Positions 39,985-55,577 of a stretch of DNA of 64,000 nucleotides are shown piece after piece. The translations under genes and the position numbers were made by a program. Every line of letters begins with the position of its first letter. Position 1 is the stretch's first letter. The DNA comes from Octopus vulgaris. Lineage: Eukaryota. Location: the NCBI GenBank assembly GCA_951406725.2, contig OX597843.1:8184001-8248000 (forward strand), in the 5' to 3' direction. Below the pieces are notes generated by a model that saw only the letters and a program-made list of their open reading frames with translations, had not been told where the DNA came from and made no database searches.

Positions 39985-40301
39985 TATATATATATATATG
40001 AATGAGTGTTATGTTTCAACGTAAATTCGCTACCTAGGTCTATGCCTGTCTATGTTCTGGCTAAATTCCCCGCCCTGCCCTCCAGTCTCTCTCTCTCCCA
40101 ATTTCTCAGCCCGTTACTTACTCTCCCTTCTTCAGTGTGCGTACGTGCGTGCGTGTGTGTGTGTGCGTGTGTGTATGTGTATGTGTGTGTATGTGTGTGT
40201 GTATGTATGTGTGTGCATGTGCGTGTGTATGTGTATGTGTGTGTATGTGTATGTACGTGTATATGTACGTGTATATGTATGTGTGTATATGTGTGTGTAA
40301 G

Positions 40302-40332
<31 letters not shown>

Positions 40333-40749
40333 ATGTACGTGTATATGTACGTGTATATGTGTGTGTGTGTATGTGTGTGTGTGCATGTGTGTTTGTGTGT
40401 ATGTGTGTGCGTGTATGTGTGTTTGTGCATATGTGTGTGTATGTGCGCACGTGTGTTTGTATGTGTGTGTGTATTTGCGCACTTGTGTGTGTGTATTTAT
40501 CATGTCACGCTTGGTATATGTCCGTGAAAAAACAGATTACGAGTCAAATTGAAAAGGCGAAAAAACGCAAAACCCACCCAACCGATTCCTAAATCGTACG
40601 TATCGCCGTCTGCTTTGTTTGCTATTAACCTGCTCCACTGGCTGCTTTATATTTAACTCTCGACACACGTGCTCACAATGAGACATCAATATTGCTAGAA
40701 ATGGCGACTAAAATCACCCTGAATTCGCACTCTGCTGCCTTATACTTTT

Positions 40750-40996
40750 TTCTCTCTTTTACTTGTTTCAGTCATTTGACTGCGGCCATGCTGGAGCATC
40801 ACCGCCTTTTTTTTAATCGAGGAACTCGACCCCGAGACTTGTTTTTTTTTGTAAGCCCAGTACTTATTCTATCGGGTCTCTTTTTGCCGAACCGCTAGGT
40901 GACGGGGACGTAAACACACCGGCATCGGTTGTCAAGCGATGTTGGGGGTGACAAACACATACACACATACACGTACACACACACACAAATACACAC

Positions 40997-41045
<49 letters not shown>

Positions 41046-41048
41046 TAT

Positions 41049-41102
<54 letters not shown>

Positions 41103-41106
41103 ATAA

Positions 41107-41158
<52 letters not shown>

Positions 41159-41308
41159 GACGGGCGTCTTTCAGTTTCCACCTAGCAAATCCACTCACAA
41201 GGCTTTGGTCGACCCGAGGCTATAGAAGAAGACACTTACCCAAGGTGCCACGCAGTGAGACTGAACGCGGAACCATGTGGTGGGTAAGCAAGCTACTTAC
41301 CACACAGC
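40750..41308 (-). mobile_element. SINE A with expanded internal (TA)n
   Basis: Reverse complement of head and tail with about 190 bp of internal SSR. Confidence 0.88.
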
Positions 41309-42049
41309 CAGCCAAATCTCCCTCAAATTACACCCACTACCTTAAGAGTGGATGTATGTATGCATGTGTGTGTGTGTGTGTGTATGTGTGTTTGCATGTG
41401 TGTATGTTTGTATATATATATATATATATATATCATTCACTGGGGGGAGACTTCTATATCATAGTTAGACCTGGAAGAAATAACTGCTAAATCTCCCATA
41501 AATCATATATTACTGTAAATATTTGCTTGAAATTTTTGAAATTTTTCAAATTGTTTTTAATGGCTGCAGTCTAATGACTAAAACAAGCATCAGACACAAG
41601 ATGGGCTTCCTCACAGTTTCCGCTCATCAAATTCACTCACAAAGTATTGGTTCGCTTCGAGTTGTAGCGGAAGACACTTGCCGAATTTGCGGCGCAGTGT
41701 TCTTTATTTTCGTACGTCCCCACAGCAGTTCGATAAAATTGACAAATACAAGCATTGAGTTCGATCTGTTTGATTAAAACTCTTCAAGGCAATGTACCAG
41801 AATGGTTGCAGCCCAATGCCAGAAACTAGTAAACAATAAACTATAAGGGGTTTCTCGATTTGATTGAAATAACAGTCAAATCTCGCTTACAATGCGCATC
41901 ACTCTATCGTTCTGTATTTTTAAAGGAAAAACAAAATGGATGAACGTATCCTACTTGATCAGGGTTGACTGGGGCTATATCACAACAATATTATTATCCT
42001 GATCACTATTAGTAACCTAACATCAACTGTAGCGTCGTTATCAGCGATA

Positions 42050-42635
42050 AGAGAGAAAGAGGGGGAGAGAAAGATGGGAGAGAAAGAGAGAGAGAAAGAG
42101 GGGGAGAGAAAGAGAGAGAGAAAGATGGGGAGAGAAAGAGAGGGGGAGAAAGATGGGGAGAGAAAGAGAGAGGAAGAGAGGGGGAGAGGAAGAGGGGGAG
42201 AGGAAGAGAGAGAAAGAGAGGGGGAGAGAAAGAGAGAGAAAGAGAGGGGACAGAAAGATGGGGAGAAAAAGAGAGAGAAAGAGAGGGGGAGAGAAAGAGA
42301 GAGAAAGAGAGTGGACAGAAAGATGGGGAGAGAAAGAGAGAGGAAGAGAGGGGGAGAGAAAGAGAGAGAAAGAGAGGGGACAGAAAGATTGGGAGAGAAA
42401 GAGAGAGGAAGAGAGGGGGAGAGAAAGAGAGAGAAAGAGAGGGGACAGAAAGATGGGGAGAGAAAGAGAGAGAAAGAGAGGGGGAGAGAAAGAGAGAGAA
42501 AGAGAGGGGGACAGAAAGATGGGGAGAGGAAGAGAGAGAAAGAGAGGGGGAGAGAAAGAGAGAGAAAGAGAGGGGGACAGAAAAATGGGGAGAGAAAGAG
42601 AAAGAAAGAGAGGGGGAGGGAAAGAGAGAGAGAGA
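42050..42635. repeat. Polypurine minisatellite (GGGGAGAGAAAGAGAGAG / CAGAAAGATG units)
   Basis: Direct reading. Confidence 0.9.
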
Positions 42636-42741
42636 TGCATTAACAAACAGAAGAACAAGAGAAATGCACAAACAATAAAGACCTCCCTCACTCCCACACA
42701 CCTTTACTCCACATCACACCGCTCCGCTCCGATCACCATCT

Positions 42742-42772
<31 letters not shown>

Positions 42773-43074
42773 CGGCTCTTGTTATCTGCTATCTTGACTA
42801 AAAACAAAATACGAGGGGATCATTGCCATTACCTTATCAATCGGCGTCTTTGTGAAATGCATGCCGGGAAGGGAAGAGTGCAAGTTCAGACGACATGGCG
42901 AAATGTGAAGAGCAAACATGCCGAGTGTGTTAGAGTGAAGAAAGAAGAAAAAAAATAAGGAAAAGAAAAAGAGATCGCGCACACACACACAAAGACACAC
43001 ACACACAAACACACACACACATACACACATACATACATACACACACACGCACACACAAACACACACACATACAT

Positions 43075-43105
<31 letters not shown>

Positions 43106-43232
43106 TACATAAATACACACACACACACGCACACACGCATGCACGCACGCACACACACACACACACGCACAAACACACACACACACATACACACACACAC
43201 ACACACGCACGCACACACACACACACACACGA

Positions 43233-43306
<74 letters not shown>

Positions 43307-44528
43307 AAATAATACAAAAAAGAACAAATACAAACGACGTCATACGAAAGCGAAAGTGAAACTAAAATACAAAGAAAGAAAAAATACTACAAAAAGCAAA
43401 CCTACAAACATTGTCTAATATTTGATAATGCAACGGTAAAGGGGCGCTAAAAGTTAAATGCGCTAAAAGTGGATGCGCGGAGGTGGCCATGGTGGGGTGA
43501 GAAGGAAGGGTAAGACGCATGGTGGGGGGGGTGAGTAAAGCGCGGGGGTGGTGTCGGGTGGTTGGTTTGTTATCATCCCGTGTGTGAAGGAGAGGGTAGG
43601 TGGCTGTGGTGGCAGTGATAGTGATGACTTGCGACAAGGTGACGGTGGTATGGCTGTTATGACTGTTGTGGTAGTATTGGTGGTAGTATAGCTAGTGGTG
43701 ATGCTATTGTTTAATGATGTTGTAGGGGTACTGTTGTGGCGGTGGTGTATTGGAGGTGGTGGTACTGTTGTGGCGGTGGTGGTTGTATGAGTGATTGTGG
43801 TGATGGTGAGGTAGGGGTGTGTGTTTGGGTTAGTGATCGTCGTCGGGATTTTAATTGTGGTATTGGCACTAGTACAACAGTGGTTGTGGTGATGGTGGTA
43901 TTTAATGATATTGGTATAAGTGGCTTCATAGGTGGCGCTGGTAGCGTTAGTGGCGCTGGCTGAATTGGCTGTGGTGAAGATGGTGTTAGCGTTGGTGGTG
44001 GGATTTAAATTGGTGGTAGTGATAGTGGGGTTAGTGTGAGTGATGATGGTTGAATTGGTGGTGGTGTTGGTAGTAGGGTTGTTGTTGTTGGTGGTGGTGG
44101 TGGTGGCGGTGGCGGAGGCGGAGTTGGTGGTGGTTAGAATTTTGATAATAATGGTGGTGGTGGTGGTGGTGGTGATGACAGTAGTGTGTGTTTTATGTGA
44201 GAATGGTGGTGGTTCTTATCGTGTTTGTGGTGGTAGTGGTAGTGGTTGTGGTGGTTGTAGTGACAGCTGGTGATGGAGGTTGTGCTAGCGGTAGTTGTGG
44301 TGGTGGTGGTGGTGGTGGTAATTATGGCCGTTGTTCAGGTGTTTGCAGTGGTAACTTCTGTCGGCTATGATGCTAAAAATTCCTCCGTTCGGTGCCGGAG
44401 CAAGTCACCGCGGGAGTGTTAGTATCGGTGGCAGTAGTGGTGGTGGCATAGTAGAGGTTATAGAGGTTAGACATGATTCTCATTCAGGCTGTCTGTAATT
44501 ACTCAGGGTAGGCAGTAGGTGACCTTTA

Positions 44529-44929
44529 TACTCTTTACTCTTTTACTCCTTTACTTGTTTCAGTCATTTGACTGCGGCCATGCCGGAGCACCGCCTTTAG
44601 TCGATCAAATCGACCCCGGGACTTATTCTTTGTAAGCCCAGTACTTATTCTATCGGTCTCTTTTGCCGAACCGCTAAGTGACGGGGACGTAAACACACCA
44701 GCATCGGGGGGACAAACACAGACACACAAACACACACACACATACATATATATATATACATATATACGACAGGCTTCTTTCAGTTTCCGTCTATCAAATC
44801 CACTCGCAAGGCATTGGTTGGCCCGGGGCTATAGCAGAAAACACTTGGCCAAGATGCCACGCAGTGGGACTGAACCCGGAACCATGTGGTTGGTAAGCAA
44901 GCTACTTACCACACAGCCACTCCTGCGCC
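44529..44929 (-). mobile_element. SINE A, full length
   Basis: Reverse complement of the consensus with a small deletion. Confidence 0.9.
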
Positions 44930-45269
44930 TATGTAGTAAAACACACGAAAAATAAGCGAAACACAGCCGTGTGACTGAGTTGAAGGCAGATTCACTTCTG
45001 CCTTTATAGCACGTAAAGAAAACAGTGTTGTAGGAGTGTACACAGCATGTGTACTGCAGCAATATTATGCGTAGCTTTAATACTGAGATTGAAAAGCAGG
45101 GGTGAATTATGCCTACATAATCTACAAAATAAATAAAATATTTTATGCAAACTAATCAGAGTAATTTTATTAAATTAGGTGCACATTTTGCCATTAAAGG
45201 AAAATGTTGCTAACGATCTATTTTATTCAAGGAGGCACCGCCTACTTTGCCTACCTAGGCGGCACATCC

Positions 45270-45331
<62 letters not shown>

Positions 45332-45507
45332 GGTGATCATATATATATATATATATATATAAGTAGGTAGTGTAAATTTAGGGTGAATACTTGATAAGTG
45401 TAAGCACCCGTATACGCCAGATAGTGGCAGAGGTGAGATAAATTTGATATATTATTTTATTTATTTTATTTGATATTTTATTTTATTTTATTTTATTTTA
45501 TTTTATT

Positions 45508-45569
<62 letters not shown>

Positions 45570-45917
45570 GATTCAGTTGAATTAGGTACTTAACTTGAAG
45601 CACAAAGTCTGTTAAAATAGTTAAGAAAAATTATATTAATGTGTCCTACTTGTTAAAGAAATTCTATATTTTGTGCAGCTGAAGATAGCACTGCAGTTAA
45701 ATTGATGTAATGATTGCATTGTTCAATTAAATGGAGCCGCTTTACTACTTGATTTACTACTGCATTTCTACTTGATATCCTGTTACTTATTTTGATTTTA
45801 TATATATATGTATATAAATTTATATAAATAAGGATAATATCGTTAATCTAAATATCGATCTTATCAAGTGGCCAGCATGGGAATAAAAACCTTCAAAAGT
45901 AATAATTATCTTTAAAA

Positions 45918-46186
45918 TTATAATTTAGGGGATCTAAGAGATGCCTCCACGCTGGAAATAGCAGCCAAAACTTGACTCTAAAACCATATTAAATGTTCAT
46001 ACAGCACCAGGAGAGAAGACAAAAAAAAACAACAAAATAAACTAATAAAAAAATTACTGGATAATTACTAGTTTATTTTGTCTTGTTTTCTCTCCTGGTG
46101 CTGTATGAATATTTAATGTGGTTTTAGAGTCAAGTTTTGGCTGCTATTTCCAGCGTGGATGTATCTCTTAGATACCCTAAATTATA

Positions 46187-46187
<1 letters not shown>
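45918..46187. repeat. Long inverted repeat (arms ~120-130 bp)
   Basis: TTATAATTTAGGG..ATCTAAGAGAT..TCCACGCTGGAAATAGCAGCCAAAACTTGACTCTAAAACCA..CATACAGCACCAGGAGAGAA mirrored at 46069-46187. Confidence 0.9.
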
Positions 46188-46256
<69 letters not shown>

Positions 46257-46370
46257 ACTGCAAAATTAGGACGAATACTTGATAAGTGTAAGCACCAGTA
46301 TACGCCAGATAGTGGCAGAGGTGAGAGAGAATATATCAAATAAAATCAAAAACAGGACAGAAAGGATATC

Positions 46371-46462
46371 ACGGTATACGTGTTTCAAGCTTTATAAACG
46401 ACCTGTTCATTACATTAGTGTATGATAGACATAAAGCATGGTTTAAAGCTCTCTTCAGCCGC
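46371..46462 (-). ncRNA. Type-I hammerhead ribozyme motif (Penelope pLTR type)
   Basis: Minus strand GCGG-CTGAAGA-GAGCTTTA-[long loop]-TAAAGCTT-GAAA-CACGTA-TA-CCGT: intact CUGANGA/GAAA core, 8-bp stem II, 4-bp stem I, near-palindromic stem III. Confidence 0.65.
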
Positions 46463-46649
46463 ATGCATTGTTATTCCAAAGAGTTACATCACACTATAAA
46501 AAATATGAAAAGTACATGTAGTATTACCCATTATAATAGGTAAATCATATCTCCCCGAGAAAGTGTATTTGTAAAATCTCGTAACTGTATAACTATAAAA
46601 AGATTCATTAGATTTCGAAAATCTGCGCATACTGTATCACCAGTCAACA

Positions 46650-47047
46650 TAGAGTAGCCTGCTTACCAACCACATGGTTCTGGGTTCAGTCCCACTGCGT
46701 GGCACCTTGGGCAAGTATCTTATACTATAGCCTCGAGCCGACCAAAGCCTTGTGAGTGGATTTGGTAGAAGGAAACTGAAAGAATCCCGTCGTATATATG
46801 TATATATATATATGTATATGTGTACGTTTGTGTGTTTGTGTTTGTCCCTCCCCCCAACATCACTTGCCAACCGATGCTGGTGTGTTTACGTTCCCGTAGC
46901 TTAGCAGTTCGGCAAAAGAGACCGATAGAATAAGTACTAGGTTTACAAAGAATAAGTCCCGGGGTCGATTTGTTCGACGAAAGGCGGTGCCCCAGCATGG
47001 CCACAATCAAATGACTGAAACAAGTAAAAGAGTAAAGAGTAAAGAGT
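46650..47047 (+). mobile_element. SINE A
   Basis: AGTAGCCTGCTTACCAACC...AACAAGTAAAAGAGTAAAGAGTAAAGAGT. Confidence 0.9.
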
Positions 47048-47099
47048 ATATATATATATGTCTTCCAATCACATCTATCTATTTACCTACCTAACTATT

Positions 47100-48850
<1,751 letters not shown>

Positions 48851-48955
48851 TGTTGGGGGTCAAACAGACACACAAACATATACACACATACATATATATA
48901 TATACATATATACGAGGGTCTTCTTTCAGTTTCCGTCTACCAAATCCACTCACAA

Positions 48956-49019
48956 GGCCGAGATTTCCTTCATTAAATGAAGCTTAAAGTGTCGCTTGGA
49001 TCTTCCAAGTTATCTCACC

Positions 49020-49097
<78 letters not shown>

Positions 49098-49138
49098 GTA
49101 TACACTGTAAGCTTCATTTAATGAAGGAAATCTCGACC
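48956..49138. repeat. 37-bp inverted repeat enclosing (TA)n
   Basis: GGCCGAGATTTCCTTCATTAAATGAAGCTTAAAGTGT (48956-48992) versus the reverse complement of 49102-49138; 2 mismatches. Confidence 0.85.
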
Positions 49139-49366
49139 TGACGATTGGCTGAGTTGAGCAAATCTCATTGAGTAACAATTACATCTGTGGAACAGCGGGG
49201 ATGGTACATATATAATTTGCATTTTACATGTTCCAATCCCTGAATCTGGACATATAAATATACATATACATACACACACACATACATACATACATATATA
49301 TATATATATATGTATATATATGTATATGTATATATATGTATATGTATATATATATATATGTATATA

Positions 49367-49397
<31 letters not shown>

Positions 49398-49509
49398 GTA
49401 TGATTGATTGATTGATTGATTCTAGTTTCAGCTCGCGAGCTGTGGCCATGCTGGGGCACCGCCATTATATATATAGATATATATATATGTGTATATATAT
49501 ACATATGTA

Positions 49510-49650
49510 ACGGGAAAGTTTACTAAAATAAACAAAAGACGAAGGCAGGTGGAGTACAAACAAACAAATGTATTAGTATAGCGCTCAGGAATAGAAATAG
49601 AAAAAAGTCTTTTACGTTTCGAGCCTACGCTCTTCGACAGAAAGATACAC
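49510..49650 (-). mobile_element. Family H2 element, copy 2
   Basis: Minus strand TCTTT-CTGTCGA-AGAGC-GTAG-GCTC-GAAAC-GTA-AAAGA (49608-49645). Confidence 0.6.
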
Positions 49651-49661
49651 ATATATACATA

Positions 49662-49878
49662 TGTAGTGGTTTTTAAATCAAAGCTCGACCTCTTCTTGTC
49701 GAGAGTCCCAGATGAACCTACCTCACGGCAAGAGGTGCAAATGAAGGTAGCTACACCAAACTCCATTCTTCATCAATTGCCACATATTAGTGGAGGCTCC
49801 TAGTAATAACAGTGTAGCGCAAAACGGCGGTGCTTCAGCATGGCCGCAGCTCTTAGCTGGAACTTAAAAAAAAAAAAT
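49662..49878 (+). mobile_element. CR1/L2-group LINE 3' end (ORF2 C-terminus + 3'UTR); probable partner of SINE A
   Basis: VVFKSKLDLFLSRVPDEPTSRQEVQMKVATPNSILHQLPHISGGS* (stop 49801-49803), then GGCGGTGCTTCAGCATGGCCGCAGCTCTTAGCTGGAAC shared with the SINE A tail. Confidence 0.75.
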
Positions 49879-50051
49879 ATATATATATATACACATATAT
49901 ATGCATACATGCATTCATACATATATACACATGTGTATGCACAAGATTTCATTCACATATATGTATGTATACACACACACATATATAGAGACAGAAGTGT
50001 ATATATTCTCACACATGAGCATATGTATTTGCGCGCATGTACGAGTGTATA

Positions 50052-50138
<87 letters not shown>

Positions 50139-50316
50139 AACAATTAAAAATGAGGGTGTCTGAGAGACACCAACATGCCGAAATAGCAGTCGAAATGCTG
50201 ACTATAAAAACCACGTTAAGTGTTCATATCGTACCATGAGATAAGACAGAGGAACAAAATAGACAAGCAGAAGTTATTGAATAATTCAAGATCCAGGATT
50301 TCTGGTTTTGCTTTAA

Positions 50317-50382
<66 letters not shown>

Positions 50383-50679
50383 GTACCCATACCCAATGAC
50401 ATGTTGTTCACAAGCACTCACCCACTTCACTACACATACTTTATCAATCTGCAAAGCTACCCAAGGATGTAGAATTACAAAAACTGTCATAGAGCATCCC
50501 CACCCGCAAGTGCCGCCCTAGCTCCCCTTCATCCCGTTCCACACCACCTTTCTCCTGTTTTACTTTATTTTACATAATCTCACACCTCCTCTCAAACGAC
50601 TCCTCTTAAACATTATTTCACAAATAGTCAGGAATCACATCCTTTTGATTCCTTGCCTCTCTCTTTCTCTCTCTCCATT

Positions 50680-50737
50680 TATATATATATGTGTATGTGT
50701 GTGTATGTAAGCGTGTGTATGTATGTATGTATGTATG

Positions 50738-50825
<88 letters not shown>

Positions 50826-50994
50826 GATAGATAGATATATAGGTAGATAGATATACATACAAATACATATACATACATACATATATATACACACACGTAC
50901 TCATATACATTCATATATAGACATATGTGTAAAGATATAAGTATATATATATATTTCTACACACAAGCATATACATATATGTATTCACACATAA

Positions 50995-51036
<42 letters not shown>

Positions 51037-51114
51037 ATATATGTATATATATATATATATATGTATTCATACATACACACACACACACACGCATATATAT
51101 ATATATATATATAT

Positions 51115-51158
<44 letters not shown>

Positions 51159-51184
51159 TCATACACATATATATATATATATAC

Positions 51185-51242
<58 letters not shown>

Positions 51243-53059
51243 TCATACATACACACACATACACACATATATATACACACACACAAAATACATATATTTA
51301 TATACACAAGCATATACACATACGTACACATACACATTCTGTTGCAATCTCAAGGGTACGAACATAGCCACAGACACACGTGTACAAACATATATATACG
51401 TACGTACATCAGTTATTGGCATCGGTCACATGTATTTGTGTATCTAGAAGAGGAAGGAGAGGAATCTGGGGGTGAGAGGAGGAGGAAATAAAACAAGGAG
51501 GGTATGATTAAACATAGGAAAAAGGAGAAGGAAGAGGAGAAGGGGATTACGAATAGAAAAATGAGGAGAGAAGCAGAGAAAATTATGAAAGTCAAAAGGG
51601 AGAAATAATGGGGGCGATGGCGGGGGAGAAGAAGAAAAGGATGGAGGAGGAGGGGGAGGAGAAAAAGAAGAAGAAGAAGAATTGAAGAAGAAAAAGAAGA
51701 ACAAAGATGAAGAAGATAAAGAAAAAGAAGAAGAAGAAGGGTGAGGATGAGGAGAAGAAGAAGATAAAGAAGGAATGGAAGACGAGTAAAAGGGATGAAA
51801 GAGAAGAAGAAGAAGAAGAAGAAGAAGAAGAAGAAGAAGACGAAAAAGAAGACGAAAAAGAAGAAGAAGAAGAAGAAGAAGAAGAAAAAGAAGAAGAAGA
51901 AGAAGAAGAAGGAGAAGAAGAAGGAGAAGAAGAAGACGAAGAAGAGGAAGAAGAAGAAAAAGAAGACGGGGAAGAAGAAGAAAAGAAGAAGAACAGAGGT
52001 GAAGAAGAAGACGAAGAAGAAGAAGGAGAGCAACAACAACAACAACAATTGGATTGAAGACTAGATTGAAGAAGATGACCAGAATCACGAAGACAACGAC
52101 GTTGATGATGTTCATGATAATGTTACTGATGATGATGATAATGATGATGATGATGATAATGATGAAAAAGAAAGAAGACGAAGAAGAATTGGAAGAAGAA
52201 GAAGAATTGAAAGAAGAAGAAGAAGAAGAAGAAGAAGATGAACAAGAACAAGAATTGGAAGAAGAAGAAGAAGAAGAAGAAGAAGAAGAAGAAGAAGAAG
52301 AAGAAGAAGAAGAAGAAGAAGAAGAAGAATTGAAGAAGAAGAAGAAGAAGAAGAAGAAGAAGAAGAAGAAGAAGAAGAAGAAGAAGAAGAAGAAGAATTG
52401 AAAGAAGAAGGAGGAGAAGGAGAAGTGAAGGAAGAAGAAGACGGGGGGAAAGAGAAGAATGGGATGATTCTGATGGGGGGAAGAGAACGACTAAGATTTA
52501 AATGGACTTAAATTGACAATTGATGACATCAAGAACACAATGTTAAGTAAACCCTATTATAGACCGGAAATGAAAGCTATTAATGCTGGTGTGTAGATAG
52601 GTGCGTATATAGACATGTGTGTGTGTGTGTGTGTGGTTGTGGTTGTATATCGCTATGTGTATTTACATGTATGTTAACATGCGTACTTGCATATACGAGT
52701 TTAGATGTGTGTATGTATGTATGTATGTATGTATGTATGTATGTGTGTATGTATGTGTGTATGTATGTATGTATGTATGTATGTATGTATGTATGTATGT
52801 GTGTATGTATGTGTGTATGTATGTATGTATGTGTGTATGTATGTATGTATGTGTGTATGTATGTGTGTATGTATGTATGTATGTATGTATCTGTGTATGT
52901 TTATGTATGTATGTATGTATGTATGTGTGTGTATGTATGTATGTATGTGTGTATGTATGTATGTATGTGTGTATGTATGTATGTATGTATGTATGTATAT
53001 ATATGTATGTGTATATATATGTATGTATGTATGTGTGTGTATGTATGTATGTATGTATG

Positions 53060-53093
<34 letters not shown>

Positions 53094-53095
53094 TG

Positions 53096-53128
<33 letters not shown>

Positions 53129-53253
53129 GTGTGTATGTATGTATGTATGTATGTATGTGTATGTGTGTATGTATGTATGTATGTATGTGTGAGTGTGTCT
53201 GTATATGTAACTACATACCAACATGCATGTGTATATGTGTGTATGTATGTAAG

Positions 53254-53284
<31 letters not shown>

Positions 53285-53470
53285 ATGTATGTTTATGCAC
53301 ACACACACACGCCGATGTATATATGTATATATTTATGTATGTATGTATATGCATATATGTATGTCAATATATATATGTGTGTCCATGTGTGCGTTTAAAT
53401 ATATTTTACTTGTGTATATGCAAGTGTATTTGCATATGGTTTGTGAGCGTGTGTATATAAACACACTCAC

Positions 53471-53541
<71 letters not shown>

Positions 53542-53741
53542 GGTATGTATATATGTATATATATATATATACATACATACATACATATATATACATATAT
53601 ATATATAATACATACGAAAGTCTATGTATGCAAGCTTTAATACATACATACGTATATACATACATATACATATATGTATATATATGTATATATATGTATA
53701 TATATATGTATATGTATATACATATCAATCTATCTAAATAT

Positions 53742-53779
<38 letters not shown>

Positions 53780-53816
53780 GAGCGGGAAAGCTGGATGCCT
53801 ATATCCTTACATGATT

Positions 53817-53887
<71 letters not shown>

Positions 53888-53900
53888 TATATATATGCAA
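50680..53900. repeat. (TA)/(CA), (GAA)n, (TATG)n microsatellite fields
   Basis: Direct reading. Confidence 0.95.
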
Positions 53901-54145
53901 CACATGAATGTGTTTACGTAGGCTGAGGCGGAGTAGTTGTAAGAGAAGCCATCTTTGCTTCATTTGCCAACAACAACAACAACTACAACCACATAAACAA
54001 CACGAACAACAACAACAATGACTGCATCGACAGCAAGAACACCAACAACGACATGTACAATAGCATCTGTAACAAGAGTGACAAAGGATTTATCATGTCT
54101 ATTGTAATCAATGATAACAGCAGCGATAAGAACAAGGAGAAGAAT

Positions 54146-54980
54146 GAGCCAACGAGGGAGACCTCGACATGGGCAAAAAGGCTTGCAAGAAATAGCAGTC
54201 AAAATCACCCGAAATCACGTTTTACTGTTTAAGTACGTATATACGCGTTTAAGAGCCAACGAGGGAGACCTCGACATGGGCAAAAAGGCCTGCAAGAAAT
54301 AGCAGTCAAAACCACTTGAAATCACGTATATATGCGTTTATGAGCCAACGAGGGAGTCCTCGACATGGTAAAAAGGCCTGCAAGAAATAGCAGTCAAAAC
54401 CACCTGAAATCACGTTTTACTGTTTAGGTACGTATATATACGTAGGCGCAGGAGTGGCTGTGTGGTAAGTAGCTTGCTAACCAACCACATGGTTCCGGGT
54501 TCAGTCCCACTGCGTGGCATCTTGGGCAAGTGTCTTCTGCTATAGCCCCGGGCCGACCAATGCCTTGTGAGTGGATTTGGTAGACGGAAACTGAAATAAG
54601 CCTGTCGTATATATGTATATATATATATGTATGCGTGTGTGTGTTTGTCCCCTTAGCATTGCTTGACGACCGATGCTGGTGTGTTTACGTCCCCGTCACT
54701 TAGCGGTTCGGCAAAAGAGACCGATAGAATAAGTACTGGGCTTACAAAAGAATAAGTCCCGGGGTCGATTTGCTCGACTAAAGGCGGTGCTCCAGCATGG
54801 CCGCAGTCAAATGACTGAAACATGCAAAAGAGTAAAAGAGTATATGCGTTTATGTGCCAACGAGGGAGACCTCGACATGGGAAAAAAGCTTGCAAGAAAT
54901 AGCAGTCAAAACCACCTAAAATCACGTTTTACTGTTTAGGTACGTATATATGCGTTTATGAGCCAACGAGGGAGTTCTCG
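54146..54980. repeat. ~107-bp minisatellite interrupted by SINE A
   Basis: Unit GAGCCAACGAGGGAGACCTCGACATGG...GCAAGAAATAGCAGTCAAAACCAC..AAATCACG starting 54146, 54253, 54342, 54854, 54960. Confidence 0.9.
54445..54842 (+). mobile_element. SINE A, full length, inserted in the TA stretch of a minisatellite unit
   Basis: GGCGCAGGAGTGG...AAAAGAGTAAAAGAGTA. Confidence 0.92.
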
Positions 54981-55577
54981 AATTGAAAGATAGGTATGCT
55001 AGAAATAACAACCAAATCTCCCTCAAATTACGTTCTGCTGTCTTATATACATATATAAAAGAGGAAACAAAACGTGCACACTTTGGCTTTGGTAAGGATT
55101 CAATGGAACTAGACGTGCTAGGATCGAGCTGGAAATTTACACACCTATAGAAGGCGTGGTGTAGTTACGGCCAGAGTAGGTTTCAAGTCTCTATCTCGAT
55201 AACAAAGGCCTGAAACAAGGCATTTTCTGCGAGTGGGTGGATGTCATACACTATTGCCTTGAGTTGTGTTCACGCAACATGTTGGATTCTATGTGTGACT
55301 GTGCGCGTGTTTGCGCGAATGCAACGGAAAAATGGGTCGAAAATCACGTTCAATTTTTGAGTTTTTCGAAAAATAAAATATGAGCATATATGTAGGAAAA
55401 TTACCTGAATCGATTGGAGCAAGTTTGAATTCTCTAGCTTGAAAAATGCAAATTCTAGCAGTTTTGAGTGTGCCTTTTTAAGGAGTTCTCAGTTGAAAAT
55501 GGTGTCAAAATATAGCTCAAAATGAGAGAATTATTTTGCAGACCGAATAGCCTCAAAAATTAAAGGGGAAGTGATCT

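Noticed and set aside
44484-45272. Possible hAT-like MITE with GGTAGGCA..GTAGG ends
   Set aside because: Inverted match is short and degenerate; no TSD identified.
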